In this document: positions 42,901 through 59,657 of the stretch, in pieces
How the letters are laid out: the number at the start of each line of letters is the position of its first letter
Position numbering within the stretch: the stretch's first letter is position 1
Assembly (NCBI RefSeq): GCF_009914755.1
Contig: NC_060937.1
DNA: 64,000 nt
Direction: 5' to 3' (one strand)
From: the human T2T-CHM13v2.0 reference genome, Homo sapiens
Made by a program: the position numbers and the translations under genes
Notes under the pieces: generated by a model
Database searches by the model: none
Seen by the model: the letters and a program-made list of their open reading frames with translations, nothing else
What the model was told of the DNA's origin: nothing

Positions 42901-44261
42901 CACCATATGATATTCTTCCCACCTCTCACCTTAAAACTCAATGATGGTATTTCCCATTCTTTCAGATTAGCAGCAACGAAACTATTTACCTTGTACATAT
43001 TTCACAAATAGCATTTACATTTTAGCTGGGTCTTCTTGGACATGGTGCCTCAATAGAAAGTCCTGATTGTTATTGTTAGATTTTCCCACACTGTGGCAAA
43101 TGTTGACGAGAGGGTGGCACCTTCTGATTGCCTATGAAAAATGCCACCCAGATGGGGAGGCCTGTGGTTTGCTGGCCTGCTTCGTCCAGTCCGTGACAGA
43201 GTGGTGTAGCTATTACTACCAGACAGGATAAATCCTGGACAGTGCTCTCTGGGCACTGTTGACATTTGCCTCGATGATTCTTCTTTCTTCCCTTTAAGAC
43301 GGACCAGTGTCTTATTCTATGTCTCCTTCTGATATGCTAAAAACCTTCAATCCAGGCCGCGGTCAAGTGCTTTCTAAAAACTTCCTTTGTAAGGTTCCTC
43401 TCTTAGGCAGATACTACATATGAAATAATAACTACCAGCAGTAGCCAAAAGACCCTGTGCTATATTATTTTTATCATCTCTTCCTCACTATAAAATATTT
43501 GAGAAATGTAATTTTACTTTTGAGGCATTTAAATGAGGAAACTGACATAATTTAAGTGATTTTTCTAAAGCCACACTGCTTAGCAAATCTGGACCTTAAA
43601 CTGACGAAGCCATCAAGGCAATGTTAGGAGTCTAGTTATGGCTGATGTGGCATACAATTCATCACATTTTTACCAGCTCCGTAATTAGAAACTGGGTGGT
43701 TATGCGTGGTTTACTGTGGTAGAGATTGATGATGGTTCAGTTAAGGATCAAAGAAAAATCATTTCCCAGTTCTCTATCCATTCATATTGTTGTGGTTTTT
43801 TTTTTTTTTTTCAAATCTTCCTAATTTTCCTTTTTTTTTTTTTCTTCTTTCCCGGAGTGAGTGCAAGCCAAGAAACCTTTGGAGTGTGACTTTGGGGCCA
43901 GGCAGTGTTTCGGTGCCACATAATGATATAGTAGTGCATCATCAGTTGCTAGATCTGGGTCTCCTTGGGTGATGGAGTGTTCTTCCTGGAAGCCTAGGGC
44001 AGGGGAAGGAGCCCGGGGTCATGAACAAACCTGTTGGTGTTCTATCAAATTAGTACAAAACTTTTAAAAGTTCTTTTATTTTTTCCTTTCTTCCTATATA
44101 TTGAAAATATTTTAAGGATATGTATTTCTTTTCAAGTTTTTGCTTTGATTACAACGTTTTTATTCTTCTTCAGTTCTAAGTATTTTAGAAATTTCCATAT
44201 GGGTTTGCTGCATCTCATGAATTATTTGGGAGTATGTTCCTGAATTTCCAATTGCATAGAC

Positions 44262-44560
44262 TTTTTTTTTTTTTTTTTTTTTTGAGACAGAGTCTCACTC
44301 TGTAGCCCAAGCTAGGGTGCAGTGGCGAAATCTCCCTGAAACCTCTGCCTCTGGGGCTCACGCCATTCTCCTGCCTCAGCCTCCCAAGTAGCTGGGACTA
44401 CAGGCGCCCACCACCACACCCGGCTGATTTTTTGTATTTTAGTAGAGACGGGGTTTCACCATGTTGCCCAGGGTGGTCTGGAATTCCTGAGCTCAGGCAA
44501 TCCGTCCGCCTTAGCCTCCCAAAGTGCTGGGATTACAGGCATGAGCCACCGCGCCCGGCC
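44262..44560 (-). mobile_element. Alu (late S/Y-like)
   Basis: Full reverse-complement Alu with long poly-T. Confidence 0.95.
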
Positions 44561-44805
44561 TAGATTTTTAACTTATTTATTTTTATGTTTAATGTCTAAC
44601 TTGATTACAGTGTGATCTGAGAGCATGGCCCCTCTGTACTGATTCCCTGAAATATGTTAAAACTGGCTTTAGGACATAGTTTTTTGGTTCATTTTTGTAA
44701 AATTCTCATGTGTATTTCAGAAAAATATTTATTCTCTAATGGTTTGGTTCAGGGTTCTATGTTTGTCTATAATTTAAGCTCACTGATTTTGTCATTGAAA
44801 TCTAT

Positions 44806-45086
44806 TTCTTTTTCTTTCTTTTTTTTTTGAGACAGAGCCTTTCTTTTTTGCCCAGGCTGGAGTGGCACGATCATGGCTAACCGCAGGCCCAACCTCCCTG
44901 GCTCAGGGGATCTTTCCACCTCAGCCTCCTGAGTAGCTGGGACTACAGGCACATGCCACCATGCCTGGCTAATTTTTGTATTTTTTTATAGATGCAAGGT
45001 TTCACCATGTTGCTCTGGCTAGTCTCAAACTCTTCCTCAGCCTCCTAAACTGCTAGGATTACAGGCATGAGCCACCACACCCAGCC
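44806..45086 (-). mobile_element. AluJ with TSD
   Basis: TSD aaatctatttctttt. Confidence 0.92.
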
Positions 45087-46789
45087 AAAATCTATTTCTT
45101 TTTAAATTTTTGTCTGCTTAATTTGTCAATAAAGGAGACAGGTATGTTGAAAGCTCTTACTATATGATGATGAATATGTCAAATTTTGCAGTTTATTAAT
45201 TTTTGCTTTATAAATTTCCAAGTTATATTAGATGTGCACAAATACAGAATTATAACATACTGGTAAATTTAATGTTTAAAAAAGTATTATGCAGTAGAGA
45301 CCCTCTATCTTCAATAATGCTTTCTGCTTTAAAGTCTATTTTGTCAAGTTAATTTTATGCCCCTAGTTTTTTTTTTTTTTTTTTACTTTTCTTTTGGTTA
45401 GTATTTGTCTACATAGTTTTTACTTTTGACCATTCTTATGGATATTTTATAAATGTGTCTCTTGTGAAGAATGCATATCTTTAAAAGAAACAAATAAACA
45501 ATCAGACAATCTTTGTCTTTCAATTGGACATTTCAGATTTTTTACATTTAGTGTGATTTGGGAGTGTATTTTGAATTGTTTCTTACAATTTGTCTTGTTT
45601 TTCAAATTCTATTCTGTTCTTTTAGGAATAATATTGGAAATTTTTCTTTCGTTTCAGAAGACATGATCTTTATATTTTGATAAGGTATAATATGCTACTG
45701 TGTTCATGAAGCCAAGGCACAGTCGTGAATTTAACAACAACAACAACAAGTATGTAGGTTTCAAACACTGCCAAAATATAAATCATTTGTCTGATGGCTG
45801 AAAGAAATCCTAAACTCTTTCCTTTATATGGTTTTTGTCTTGCGATATGCTTGTTAAGTCATGAAAACACTATAACTATTTCTCACAAATGGATTTAACA
45901 ACAGGTTTCCTCTCTTTTCTTATTTGTTTCTCATTTGCACCTTTCCCACCGTGTCTGGATGTGTTTCTGGCTTCCAGTTTTCTACAGATTCTAGATGGAG
46001 CGCCCTCTCTTTGTTCCCTGACTTCTCCCTTACAGGTCTTCTCTCAGGTAGCAACAGAGGTGTATACAGCCACTCACAGCCCACAGGCTCTAGCAACTAA
46101 AACAAAGAAACAATTATGCTTTTACATTAGAGATGTTTAATAAACAAAGAAAAATAAAGCTCAGAGACTTGGATGGAGGTGTAGGGTGAGAGGGTGAGAT
46201 TTTTAAAGTTCACAGAACCTTTCCTAAACAATCAGAGAGACCAATATCACTACTGGCTTTTGTTTTGTTTTGTTTTGTTTTTTTGTTTGTTTGTTTTTGT
46301 ATTGCCCCACCTCCCTGTGCTGTTGGATTCCGCATATATTTACTTGGTTTTCACATCCCATCAGGTATCCCTGGTCTAAAGAATTCTATGCTGCGACTTA
46401 TTCAAGAGCTGTCTGGTGATGTTACAACATAACTCAAATTTTCCATTGCTCAATGAGAAACATTTTTTAGAAGTCACTGTGAGAATTGAAATGGAAGTTG
46501 TGGGTACACAGGAGCCCTAGGAAGAGACTTCTTTTTAGATACTCTCCATATATCTGATAGTATTCAGAAGTTAAAAAAGATCAATATGAACTTAAAAATA
46601 CTATCAAATACCTCTTTTACCATTAATGATCCCACAGTAAGGTATTGCCCTCTATTGATAAACTCTAGTTCCAATTCTTCACATGATCTGTTCAGACTTT
46701 TTACTTCTGGTTGGCTCATCTCAGCTGTTGGCCAGTGTGTGCTCAAGAAATGCAAACTAACATTTTATATACATCTTAACAGATTCTAG

Positions 46790-47152
<363 letters not shown>

Positions 47153-48023
47153 TTATGATGAATGGTCTGTGGACATTTGTCTGTCTCCAATTAGTCTATC
47201 AGTTTTTGCTAACTTTGGAACTCAAGGCCATAGGAAATCTTTTTCTCTTTAAAAATAGTTTTAGGAGATAAGGATCAAAATTAAATACCCATAGCAGGTG
47301 TTTGTCTACAAATGTGTGCATGCATTGGCACAATGGCTGCTTGAATGTGCAGTGTGTGCCAGCTTGGTAACTGTGGGTGGAATTTGGGCATTAGCTCTAG
47401 AAAATGCAACCTGCAGAATATTTTCTTTCTTTCTCATCTGAACAAAAGCATCACAGGACTGCATCTTTTCTACCTGAGCAGTAATGATTCAGAAATGAGC
47501 ACTGAGAGATGAGTTGTTCCATGTGAGATTAATGCACTTACTCTCTAAAGCACCTCTTTCAAATGCAAATCTTTATAAAATACAGCATACACTTTGCTGC
47601 CTTCTTTCATGGAATATACTAGATAGAATTTAGAATTTAACCTTGTTCGGATGGGTAGAGTCATTATTAGAAAACTGGTGTTTTTCAATACAAGAATAGA
47701 GGATGCCCATGGAGTTATTGAGCTGCGTGGAGATGTAGGCCGTGATTAAACGCCCTGCAGGCTATAGTTATTGAGTTTTTCTTATCTGCCGCCCATAATT
47801 TTTCTATTTCTGTCTTATGGTAAAACTGACATTCCTATTTTTAATTCCTGCCCTATTAGCCATTCTTGACATTTATTGTTTAAGTTGACAGATTGTTGGT
47901 CATTACTGAAGATAGGCAATGTTTACACAATGCTTATTATCCTATTCTCTTTACTTGGAATATGTTTGAATATTCCCAAGGTGGATTGGACAGGAGAGAG
48001 GAGCAATTTAACTTTAGGGGAGG

Positions 48024-48355
<332 letters not shown>

Positions 48356-48368
48356 TTAGGGGAGGGCT

Positions 48369-48897
48369 TATGGCATGACACTTCCCAAAGATGGCTGCAA
48401 CAGTCCTCCAGGCCACATCACCCTCTAAACTGTGGCCTTGACCCCCATTGGGAGATGGAGTCTACATTCTATTCTTCTATGCCTGGGTAGATTTGTGACA
48501 ATTATGGCAGAAGGGATGCTATGTGTCTTCCAATTCTAGGTGTTAAGAGGCAATGCAGGTTCTGCTCTATCACTCTTAGTTTTGGAGTTCTGAGTCATCA
48601 GGCAAAAGATCTGACTCTACTAAGACTTCCATGCTATGAGGAAGCCCAGGCCACGTGCAGATGGTACAGTTAATAGCTCCAGCTGAGGACCAGGCTGACA
48701 GGCATCAACCTCCAGACACATGCGTGAAGACACCTCCAGATAATTCCAACCTTCATCTCCTGAATCCCCCTCCCCCAGCTGTTGAGTCTTCCCATCTGAG
48801 GCCACAGACATCATGGAATGGTGACAAATGTCCCTACTGCACCCTTTCCAAATTCCTGAACCACAGAATCCAGAGTGGTTAGACAGTAATTGGAACA
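48369..48897 (+). mobile_element. MLT1G/H-like MaLR LTR
   Basis: ccaaagatggctgcaac...catgctatgaggaagcccaggcc...ccaaattcctga...aattggaaca. Confidence 0.8.
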
Positions 48898-48959
48898 AGG
48901 CCCCAGGGATTCTTCTGGAAGTGGAAACAAGAGTTTTACTTTATAGTCTTTGCAAAATG

Positions 48960-49170
48960 CTATGTGGGGTAGTGGTTAAGATATTGAGCTCTGGAGTTAG
49001 ACAGATTTGGATTCAAATCCTGAATCCATCAGATGTTATACCTTTTTCAGCTTCAATTTCCTCATCTGTAAAATGGGGACACTACTCATATTCTGTCATA
49101 GGGTTTTGTGATGATAGTGTATTCGGTATAAAGTGTTAGCAGGTGAACAACACAGAATAAATACTCATAC
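48960..49170 (+). mobile_element. MIR
   Basis: gtagtggttaaga...ctctggagttagacag...tttcctcatctgtaaaatgggga. Confidence 0.85.
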
Positions 49171-49498
49171 CTTTTTGCCGTGTGTGTGGCATAAGATTGA
49201 ATTCTCAAAGATTCCTATTACTGCCTTCCTGATTCTCAGATGTGTTCCAGATAATTGAGATTTCTAGATAGATGAAGCTCTACTCTATTACTATTAAGAT
49301 TTGATAATGCTATTTTCACAACTTAAAACTTGGAAAGAAATAGCAGTGCATACACTCTGAAGCAGAGGTTGCTAGATTGTAAGGCTGAGGAGGGCAGAGA
49401 CCACATCTCTTATTATTCTGTCTTCAGAGTCAAGCACAAATGAACACCACAGAAAGTGCTCAATAAATACTTTTCATATGAATCACCTTAAGATTCTA

Positions 49499-49807
<309 letters not shown>

Positions 49808-49922
49808 GATTCTATTCATGTAACCTTTAGATGCCACAAAGGATGGGGGATCACCTCATTATCACTTATTTTCAGAGGCCTAAAATTTCCACATTGATTG
49901 CAATATTTTTCAGATGACGTAA

Positions 49923-50248
<326 letters not shown>

Positions 50249-50746
50249 AGAAGCACACAACTATTAAGATAACCACTTTTTGTATTTGTAGATCAAAAAT
50301 ATTTTCCCCATATTCTTGGAATATTATGATGGATATTAAATAATTTGTTAAGTAATTAGCCCAATGCATTTTTTGCATAAAATGCTTACAATTTTGGTTT
50401 TAATGATTCAGAGGCCAAACTGGTAATTTTAAGTCGGCACTGTGATTTCAATTAATTATCACTTTAAACTTCCTTCATAATTGCAGTCACACTAGGCAGC
50501 AGCTCAATTTTCTTGTCACAACATATAGAACTTTAATTAGAGTGAAAATTATGAACTATGGCAAGGGATTTTGGTATATTCTAGTAACTCAATTTTAATG
50601 GAAATACTACGTTCTGAATTTTATTCGGTGAAACAGGTTATAAACTTCTCTCAGGGAGTTACGTAACCTTGAAACCTTTAGAATTTTATTGATGACTAAT
50701 GTAGAGACTGCAAAAACAAATTCCATTTTCCAAAGTCCAAAGTTCC

Positions 50747-51280
50747 TGTATTATCCTCATAGGTTAGTTTATGCTATGGTAACAATACAAAATTTCTTTG
50801 TCACACCACGTCCATTTTTTTTTTTGTATTTTTTTTTAATTGGCCCAAAATGTCAGTCCAAGTCCATTTTAGATTTAGGTGACCCACCACGTCATGGCTC
50901 CACCTTCCAGGCCGTGTGATCTTGGGGCACCTGTGTCTCAGCATCTGTATTTACCATCACTGTGGCAAGGGAACCAGCACAGAGAACCTCACCTGGGCTC
51001 TAGATGCCTCGGCTCAGAAATCATACCTGTCGCTTTCGCTTCACACTTCATACGCCAGCACAAGTCAAATGGCTATGTTTAATTTCACTAGGTGGGGAAG
51101 AGTCATTCTCCTATATGTCAAGGAATGGGGGCTGAGGCAGGAGAATCACTTGAACCAGGGAGTCAGAGGTTGCAGTGAGCCGAGATGGTGCCACAGCATT
51201 CCAGCCTGGTGATAGAGCCAGATTCCGTCTCAAAAAAAAAAAAAAAAAAAAAAAAAAGGGAAATATTGTAATACTCCAGC
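50747..51280 (-). mobile_element. MLT1I-like LTR with a 5'-truncated Alu (+, 51131-51257)
   Basis: ataggttagtttatgctatggtaac...gccagcacaagtcaaatggc. Confidence 0.6.
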
Positions 51281-52824
51281 AAGTAACAGAGAGGTTGTAA
51301 GAACTGGTTCAACATCTTTTTTTCAGGCAAAACTTTTTTTCCTCCAACTCGACGAAAATTACATTGAATATAAATGGAATCTTACATCTTTAATGTGATT
51401 AGTACAACTTAAAGTACCGTAAAGTACCGTACTTACAGCAGAATGGGATCTTATAGGAGGTGGTTCTGTCTTGGATTCTTTCCAGGGGGTGGGGATGCTG
51501 AGTGCTGGAATTGCCATAGGGACTTGGTTACAACATTGCTTTGCTGAGAATGCAGTTCTGAAGCAGGGACCTAGAGGATGATACCATAAGGAGGCTCTCC
51601 TTTAATTATCTCCCCCGGTGTGGGACTGGGCGATAAGATACACAGTTTGAAAAGTAATCAGGGCAACTACAGCCAAATATTGTTACACTTTAGATAGTAA
51701 CTACAGGGACTGAAATATCTACCTTTCTTTTCCTAAGAACCATCTTGCAACCACTTCCACCCCCTATCTGTCATTGTCCTGTGCTCAATCAAAAGAATGT
51801 ACGCACAAAGTGAAGGTCTGATAAGACCACATCTACAAGGTACATTAAGTCTCTAATCTTTTCTTCCCCTTTCAACCAAAAAGAGTATATTATATATCTG
51901 CTGATTTTTAAATGCGGAATATCATTTCTTGTCATGATTTTCTGCTACTGCACATGGGCTCTGGGTCTATGCAAGGAAAGTGTCAATAATTTGAAACCAT
52001 TGACACTTTCTGTTATGTCACTAACAGCCTTTGGCCAATAAGTGCTAAGCAAGTTTTTGGTGAGGAGACTTTGGTCCAACACGTTGTTGGTACAACCTTG
52101 GGCCAACCTGTTAACTGAAATGCATCATCATGACATCTGGGTAAAGAGGAGTCAAATACTTAGTGCCCTTTGTGTTTCTTCCATACCGCAAAATAATCTC
52201 TACATGTAACTAACAAATGAACTTTCCCAGCACACTGTTTTTGTTGTAATATCACAGATTTAACTTGTGAGCATCTACAGGGTTGGGGTGGGGTGGCATG
52301 GTGTTGAAGTCTGTAAGAGTGTTTATGCAATTGCCTTTCCCAGTAAGGGACAGTCATTTAAGAAGCAATCTACATCAGAGAATGTGCTACATCAGAGAAT
52401 GTTTGTCCACATTTTCCATTGTTCTATCATTACCACATGTGCAATTTTTATTCTTAACAGCATGTTGAGTTTGTCAACTTTTCAGTAAAAACAGGGCCTT
52501 GCACTAAAAGATGTCCTGCAATAGGACTGAGAACAATAATCACGTACCAGGTGCCCATATAGCATGTTGGTGTCAATATTTGAAAAACAGAGCATCAGTA
52601 CCCTGGCCTGAAGGCATTATAGCGCGGATTGTTTATCAGAGTGATGGCACTTTCTAGGAAAGGAAAATGAGAAGAAGGCATATTTCAAGAAAAAGAACTG
52701 ATTGTTGCAGCTAACACAAAAGGTTTAAATGGATTTTTTCTTATATTATTCTCTCTTGGTTTTTCTCAACATATTTTTCTCAATATATTGTCATACAATA
52801 CCATGTACATTGTTACTTTTATTC

Positions 52825-53959
<1,135 letters not shown>

Positions 53960-53960
<1 letters not shown>

Positions 53961-54330
53961 ATAATACTGGCTAACATTTATTGAAAGCTCAGTATACACC
54001 AAATATTGTCATAAATTGTATATTTTGATCAATTTAATTCCCACAGCCACCCTAACAGCTATTGTTAGTTTATTTCATCAAATCTAAGGTACCATCCATT
54101 GTAAGACACATCTTGATTCAAAGATGTTAAAACGTCCCTCTTAGAATTAATACAATATCGTATTATTCCTATTTTATAGATTTAGAAACTGAGGCAGAGA
54201 GATTAAGTAATTTATCCAAAGTCACATAGTAAATGGAGGAGCTGGGCTTCATAAGCAGTCAATGGAGGAGCTGGGCTTCATAAGTAGTCTGCCTTTCAAA
54301 ATTTTTCATTTAATCACTGTACTACATCTC
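53960..54330 (-). mobile_element. MIR with a nested MER104-like (Tc2) element at ~54067-54160
   Basis: attttatagatttagaaactgaggcagagagattaagtaatt; tatttcatcaaatctaag...tcttagaattaatacaatatcg TIR-like ends. Confidence 0.65.
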
Positions 54331-56123
54331 TTGTTGGTACATATGAGTCTGAGGAAAGTGATCTGGGATGGAGATAGAGATCTGAGAGTCATCAATCAAA
54401 AATTCTCCATTAAATGGCAGAGGTGGAGATAGCGTTTATAGTACATAACGAATAAAGTTGCGATAAGGTCCTTTAAAACTGAAATAACATTGATAATTAC
54501 AACCAAATGCCCCTTTTGATACATTAAAACACCTCAAAAAATCAGAGTACACATATTTCAGGCATTTTTTAAATAAGAGAAACTAAAGATACAACATAAC
54601 GAAGTTGATCAGAATTTCCCAATAAAAATTATAAGTTTTCAGAGAGGAGGCTGTGGCGCAGTTGATTTTTTTAACCATCAGCTTCTGAGTTTCCTAAGCA
54701 CATGGCCATTTCCTCACTTGTTTTGTGAAATGACAGCCGAGAGGTGGAGTGGAATGGAAATCTAGAAATCATTGCCATGCAAATATGCAGAAGCAAAGCT
54801 GTATGTTTGCATGTAAAGCTCATGGTATCTGCAGTCCTGGGAAGAATTAAATTCCTTACCTGTGGGCAGGTGTGTATTTGGCCACATGCCTTTACTTATT
54901 AGGCAAGACAATGTCCCTCAGTGCAGTGAGTCACTGCTTTTGGAAGCAAGCCTTCTGCCTCAAGAGTAACAACTTTGTTTTTCAGGCACAGTTTGTTTCC
55001 CCCACCTCGTCCCCCACTCCTCTCTCTCCTCCTTTTCCTACTGATTATCAGATCCTAGTGGAGGAAGAAGAAGGGAAGAACTTACGGGTTTTAAAGACAG
55101 AAACCCAGTTTACAGAGTTGCAAAGGAAATAGGAAAGCAACATTTGGAGCCCAGTTCTGAGTTTGCTTTAAGCTTTAATCAGGCAAGAAGAATAAGCTGG
55201 GAACAGCTCCAAGGAGGTAGGTTGCAGAAAAGCAGTGTCTCCATGGCCTTCTCAGCAAGCTCAGGTGCAAAAGATAAGTGTACATCGTCTTTGAAAGGAG
55301 AAGAGTCTTTGAAAGTAGAATAGTCAGGGAAAGAGGGCTGCTTCGGTAGCCAGCCTTCCAGATGGGGTCAGTATGAACAGCCTCACGAGCAGCTGCAGTT
55401 TAACCCAAACAATCACACATGTTTGTAAGTGCCTTTGGTCCAACTTGCTGATAGTGTAATGACAATAAACAGAGCAAATGAAGTAGCCACTCCAGCAAGG
55501 AATGAGTTTTCGAAAGAAGAAGCCCATGTTTTTGAGAAGAATGTTTCTAAACTTCATTTAATTTGCTGCATTTGGGCCCCTGAAAAAAAATTGATGATAG
55601 CTCACATTTTAATTTGCTGTGGTTATTTAATCTCACTCTAGTTAAATCATCTTCACCAACTGTTTTTTTTAAAAGCTTAAAAAGATTGCCTGTTTGTTTA
55701 CATAAGGGTATTTGGGTAGGAAAGAATTCCATTTCTATTTCTTTAGCTATCATGGGCATAATACAACTGTCTCTATATTTTACTTTCTCATTTATTTTCT
55801 ACCATGACCTCTTCTATTACCCCAATGATGCATATTAAATAATCAGATTAGCTAGGTGATAAACTGCCTTATGTAAATTTTTTGAAAAGGTGGTGGCTTA
55901 TAAATACATTCCAAGATAAATAAAAATAGTTAAAGTACCAAAGCCATCTTTGAGAAGATGAAAACAATTTTTTTTCGCTAGAGTGGAGTTTGGCAGAGAG
56001 AAGGCCTGAGGCATAGAGGGAAAACAATCATTTTCTGAAAGGTAGAAGTAGGTGATGGACTGAGAGGTGAGTGTCCCGGAGCAGGGAGCTCAGGCAGGGC
56101 ATGGGGCAAAAACTTCTTAGAGA

Positions 56124-56560
56124 ATGTATCAGAAGTTATAATCTGCAGCTGCTAATAGGGACTGTGAAATAGTGTCTTCCACAAGATGAGGGTTTACGTT
56201 GATCTCATTTAAGTCCAGATGTAGGCAAGCTGGTCTGTTATATGGCGGCTCCCTGATGTCATCAGGAATCAGGCTCTCTGCTCTCATCCTCAGGCTTACA
56301 AAATGGTTGTTGCAGCTCCGGCAATCACAACCATGACTCAAGAAGAAAAAAGAGGAAGAGCGGCATGAGCGAAGAGGATCTGCTGATTAAGGCAGTCTCC
56401 TTTATAGAGTGTCCCCTGACGTGCCACCACATCACATGCCTGTCTGGGAAAGGGCTAAGAAAGGTAGTTTTCTGGACTGGGCACCTGCCTTCCTTTCCCA
56501 GTGGTTCTGCTAGTAAGGAAATAAGGGTAATGCTAATCAGATAAGATTTAGAAGTCTTTA
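56124..56560 (-). mobile_element. MLT1J/K-like LTR
   Basis: caaaatggttgttgcagctccggcaatcaca...ggttctgctagtaaggaa. Confidence 0.65.
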
Positions 56561-59500
56561 TCATAATGCAGTAGGAAGGAAAGCAGTAGATTAACAGTAC
56601 TGAAGGCAAACCTTGCTTATTTTATTTTAGCAAGGATCAAAATTTTCAGAAGCCAAAATGTAAATGTTGCCTTTTTGTTAAGATAATTTAGCTCTGGACA
56701 CTACTAATCAATACTACAACATGACACTGCTTCGAGGGCTGGCTGGGTTATCAAGGCAACAATTAGAGAAAATTCAGATTACTGAAGAATTAAATGTTGA
56801 TACTCACTGATCTCATAATTCTATAGAGCTATACTTCTAGCAAGAAGGTTACTATCATTATTACTATTTTGGATGGTGTTTGAGAGTCAGGAGATGAATG
56901 TGGAGCTGCCTCATTTTCTTTAAAGCAATTTTTCAGAGGTCACTTAAATAGCTAAATCCGCCTCCCTATATCCCACTATGATAGGGACAAAAGGCTCCAG
57001 GGGCCCCAGCATTTGAGAACTTGTAGTCACTAGAACTTTTCTAATTGATGTCCATGGGTAATAAATGACTTTGTGCAGTTGGTTGTGGTATTTATGCTTT
57101 AAGGAAAAGTAAACCTCTGATATCTATCTTGCAGCTCTTTGTCTACTGACAACCATTGATCTCTTCTCAAAAACTTCCAGTGACACACACATGTCCCTCA
57201 TCTCCACCTATCATACACAAATGGGATTTAAGAAACAAGGTCACTCCTAAAAAAGGATGTTAAAAAAAGCAAAAAAAAAAGCAAAAAAAAAAAAAAATCC
57301 TTTGTTAACTCTAAACAACAACTCTATTGTTACATCAAATGAAAGTAAGTAGAAGTTGTCAGAAATGTAGTTCTACCATATTTAAAATGTTTATTTTATC
57401 TTATAATTGGGGCAACCTTATGGGAACAAAGAGTGGGTTTGATGATGGCAATTACTTTACATGGCGACAGTGATCTAGAATACAGCCCAGAAGATTTGGT
57501 CGGATTGTAATCACCGACTAACTGCAGAAAGCCTCTGTGCTTGGATTAGCTTCACTGGGCATGAAATAAGGCACAAAATTAACTGTTCTTTTCTTTTTCT
57601 GGAGAACTTTATACATAGCTACACCCCATGTGGAAAAGAGAAATAATTTTTGTTTTTAATACTGAACCAACTAAAAAATGTGAAAGAAATAAATTCAAGT
57701 GTGTGAAAGCATAAGGAGGCAAAGGAAATAATTCTATTATATTTATTTTTCAACAAGGGCTTACATCTGTTTCTAATTTACACAGATTATTGACACATCT
57801 GGATGTTTGGCCTTAGGAATTGTAAGTTGCTGCAGTGGCATTTATTTTTTGAATCAACTCTTCAGACCACCCTGGAACTCATGCAACTAGTTTGGAGAGG
57901 AGGTTGTGATATTTTAAATAAAGTTACCTTCTGGCATTTTGAAGCCAGTGCAAATGGGATTCTGTCATCTTGTGTTTTATAAATTGTGGTTTTGCATTTT
58001 TGACACCTGCAGGAAAAATAAGACCAAAGCCAAAAGCCTAAATGGTTTGACAATGACAAATTATAATAGCCAGATAAAGCTATCAGGGAGACACTGGAGA
58101 ATGGTGTAAGGTTAGCCACTCACTTTGACTGTAGGGACCCCAATTTCAGCAGAAACAAAATAAAGAACCAGTGACTCATGAAAATGCTGTTTTAAAGTGG
58201 CCTGATGGGAGCATGCATTCTAATGAGGAGAATGGGATTGTTCGAAAGTAGGTTTGATTAATACTTTACCTCTTGGACTGATGCCTTTCATAATCGGGAG
58301 CTAACTTTTCTCCCTATGTGGTCTGATTGTAGTAATTTATTCCAAGGGTATGAACAATGGGAATCATGGAGTAGACCTTTCAGATTTGAAAAAACAAAAA
58401 CATGCTGAAACACTTATTTCATGGCAAATATTTCTTAAATGGAGTAGCATGATTTTATTAAAAGCAACAGAAGACCATACGTCAAAATCCTAATGCAAAT
58501 TGGGGAAAACAAAACAAAACCCTCCTATAGTTCTTTAGTCTGAAGGTACAATAGAAATAATTAAGCACACAATGTGGTTTGATTAGTTTTGTTGAAGAAG
58601 GCTCTTTGGAGTTCTCACAGTAGTTTTGATTTTTTGTTTAGCTGTCACAGCAAACCTTAAAATTCTCTCCCGTTGGAGATAAAGTGTTACTAGACTGGGT
58701 GATACTACAGCAGACTGACATAAGAAAAAATGACATTTGGCTTTATCATTCCTTGGAGGCAATTACTGTGCTTCACTTTGAAAGGAAGTGATCACATTTA
58801 GCGAGCATCTGATATATCCTAGAAACAAACCTATTTATTGTGCTGACATTCTTGTCTTTAGAAATTATTTTGTTACGTCTTCACAAAGCAAAAACACTAA
58901 ATGTATGTCAATGCCTGAAATAAATGATAAAATGTCCCTGTGTATCAACCTAAAATCATTTTATAACGTGGAATGGAGATTCACTTCTTACAACTTTCTA
59001 GTAGAGATGGCAGGGAAGGAATCAGAATTAGAGGCCAAATCCAAAGACTACCTTGAATAAAAGAGTTATGTAATTAGCATGTTCCTGTCTCCACTTAAGT
59101 ACAGTCTTCTATTTTAAGAGGCCATTAGGTGTCCATTGGGATCAATTAATGGCCTCTTGGAATGGCTTCACGGCAACTAACTAGGGTGTCACCACCACAG
59201 TATTGTACGGTATTGACCTGAATGGCTTGAAACCTGTCTCACTTCTAGTATCACCTACAGTCCTGTCATTTTCAAGCCTCAGGTCTTCTGAATGTGTGAG
59301 TCTCAAAGCTAACCTGAAAATTTTCTAGGTAAATCTTAGTGTTGGTCTTGATAAAGAACCAAATGGGCCTTTAAGGGATGCTTTGATGATGGAAGATAGG
59401 AGTATGCATGAAAAACCGAATTCCACAGATAACACAAGAATTGCATTAAAGTGACGTCTCGCCTTTCTTCTAACCAGAGTTTTAAGTCACAGCCAGCTAC

Positions 59501-59657
59501 TGGAAATAATTGTAGGCTGGCTTGAGCTGGCAGTGGCAGGGGATGGGGATTTTTGATCCAGTGTGTTTAATGACAGACCACTGGAAATGCACATGGACAC
59601 TGATCAGTAAATAGTGAGCTGGCAGAACTGTCTTTTTAAGTCTTTAAGACGTTTTGG

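Larger units (their letters stand above)
44060..45650 (-). mobile_element. Old L1M ORF2-region fragments
   Basis: gtgatctgagagcatgg...ggtatgttgaaagctc...ttaaagtctattttgtc. Confidence 0.7.

Noticed and set aside
51976-52010. 12-bp inverted repeat with 11-nt spacer (gaaagtgtcaat/attgacactttc)
   Set aside because: Too short for a pre-miRNA or MITE call; no other support.
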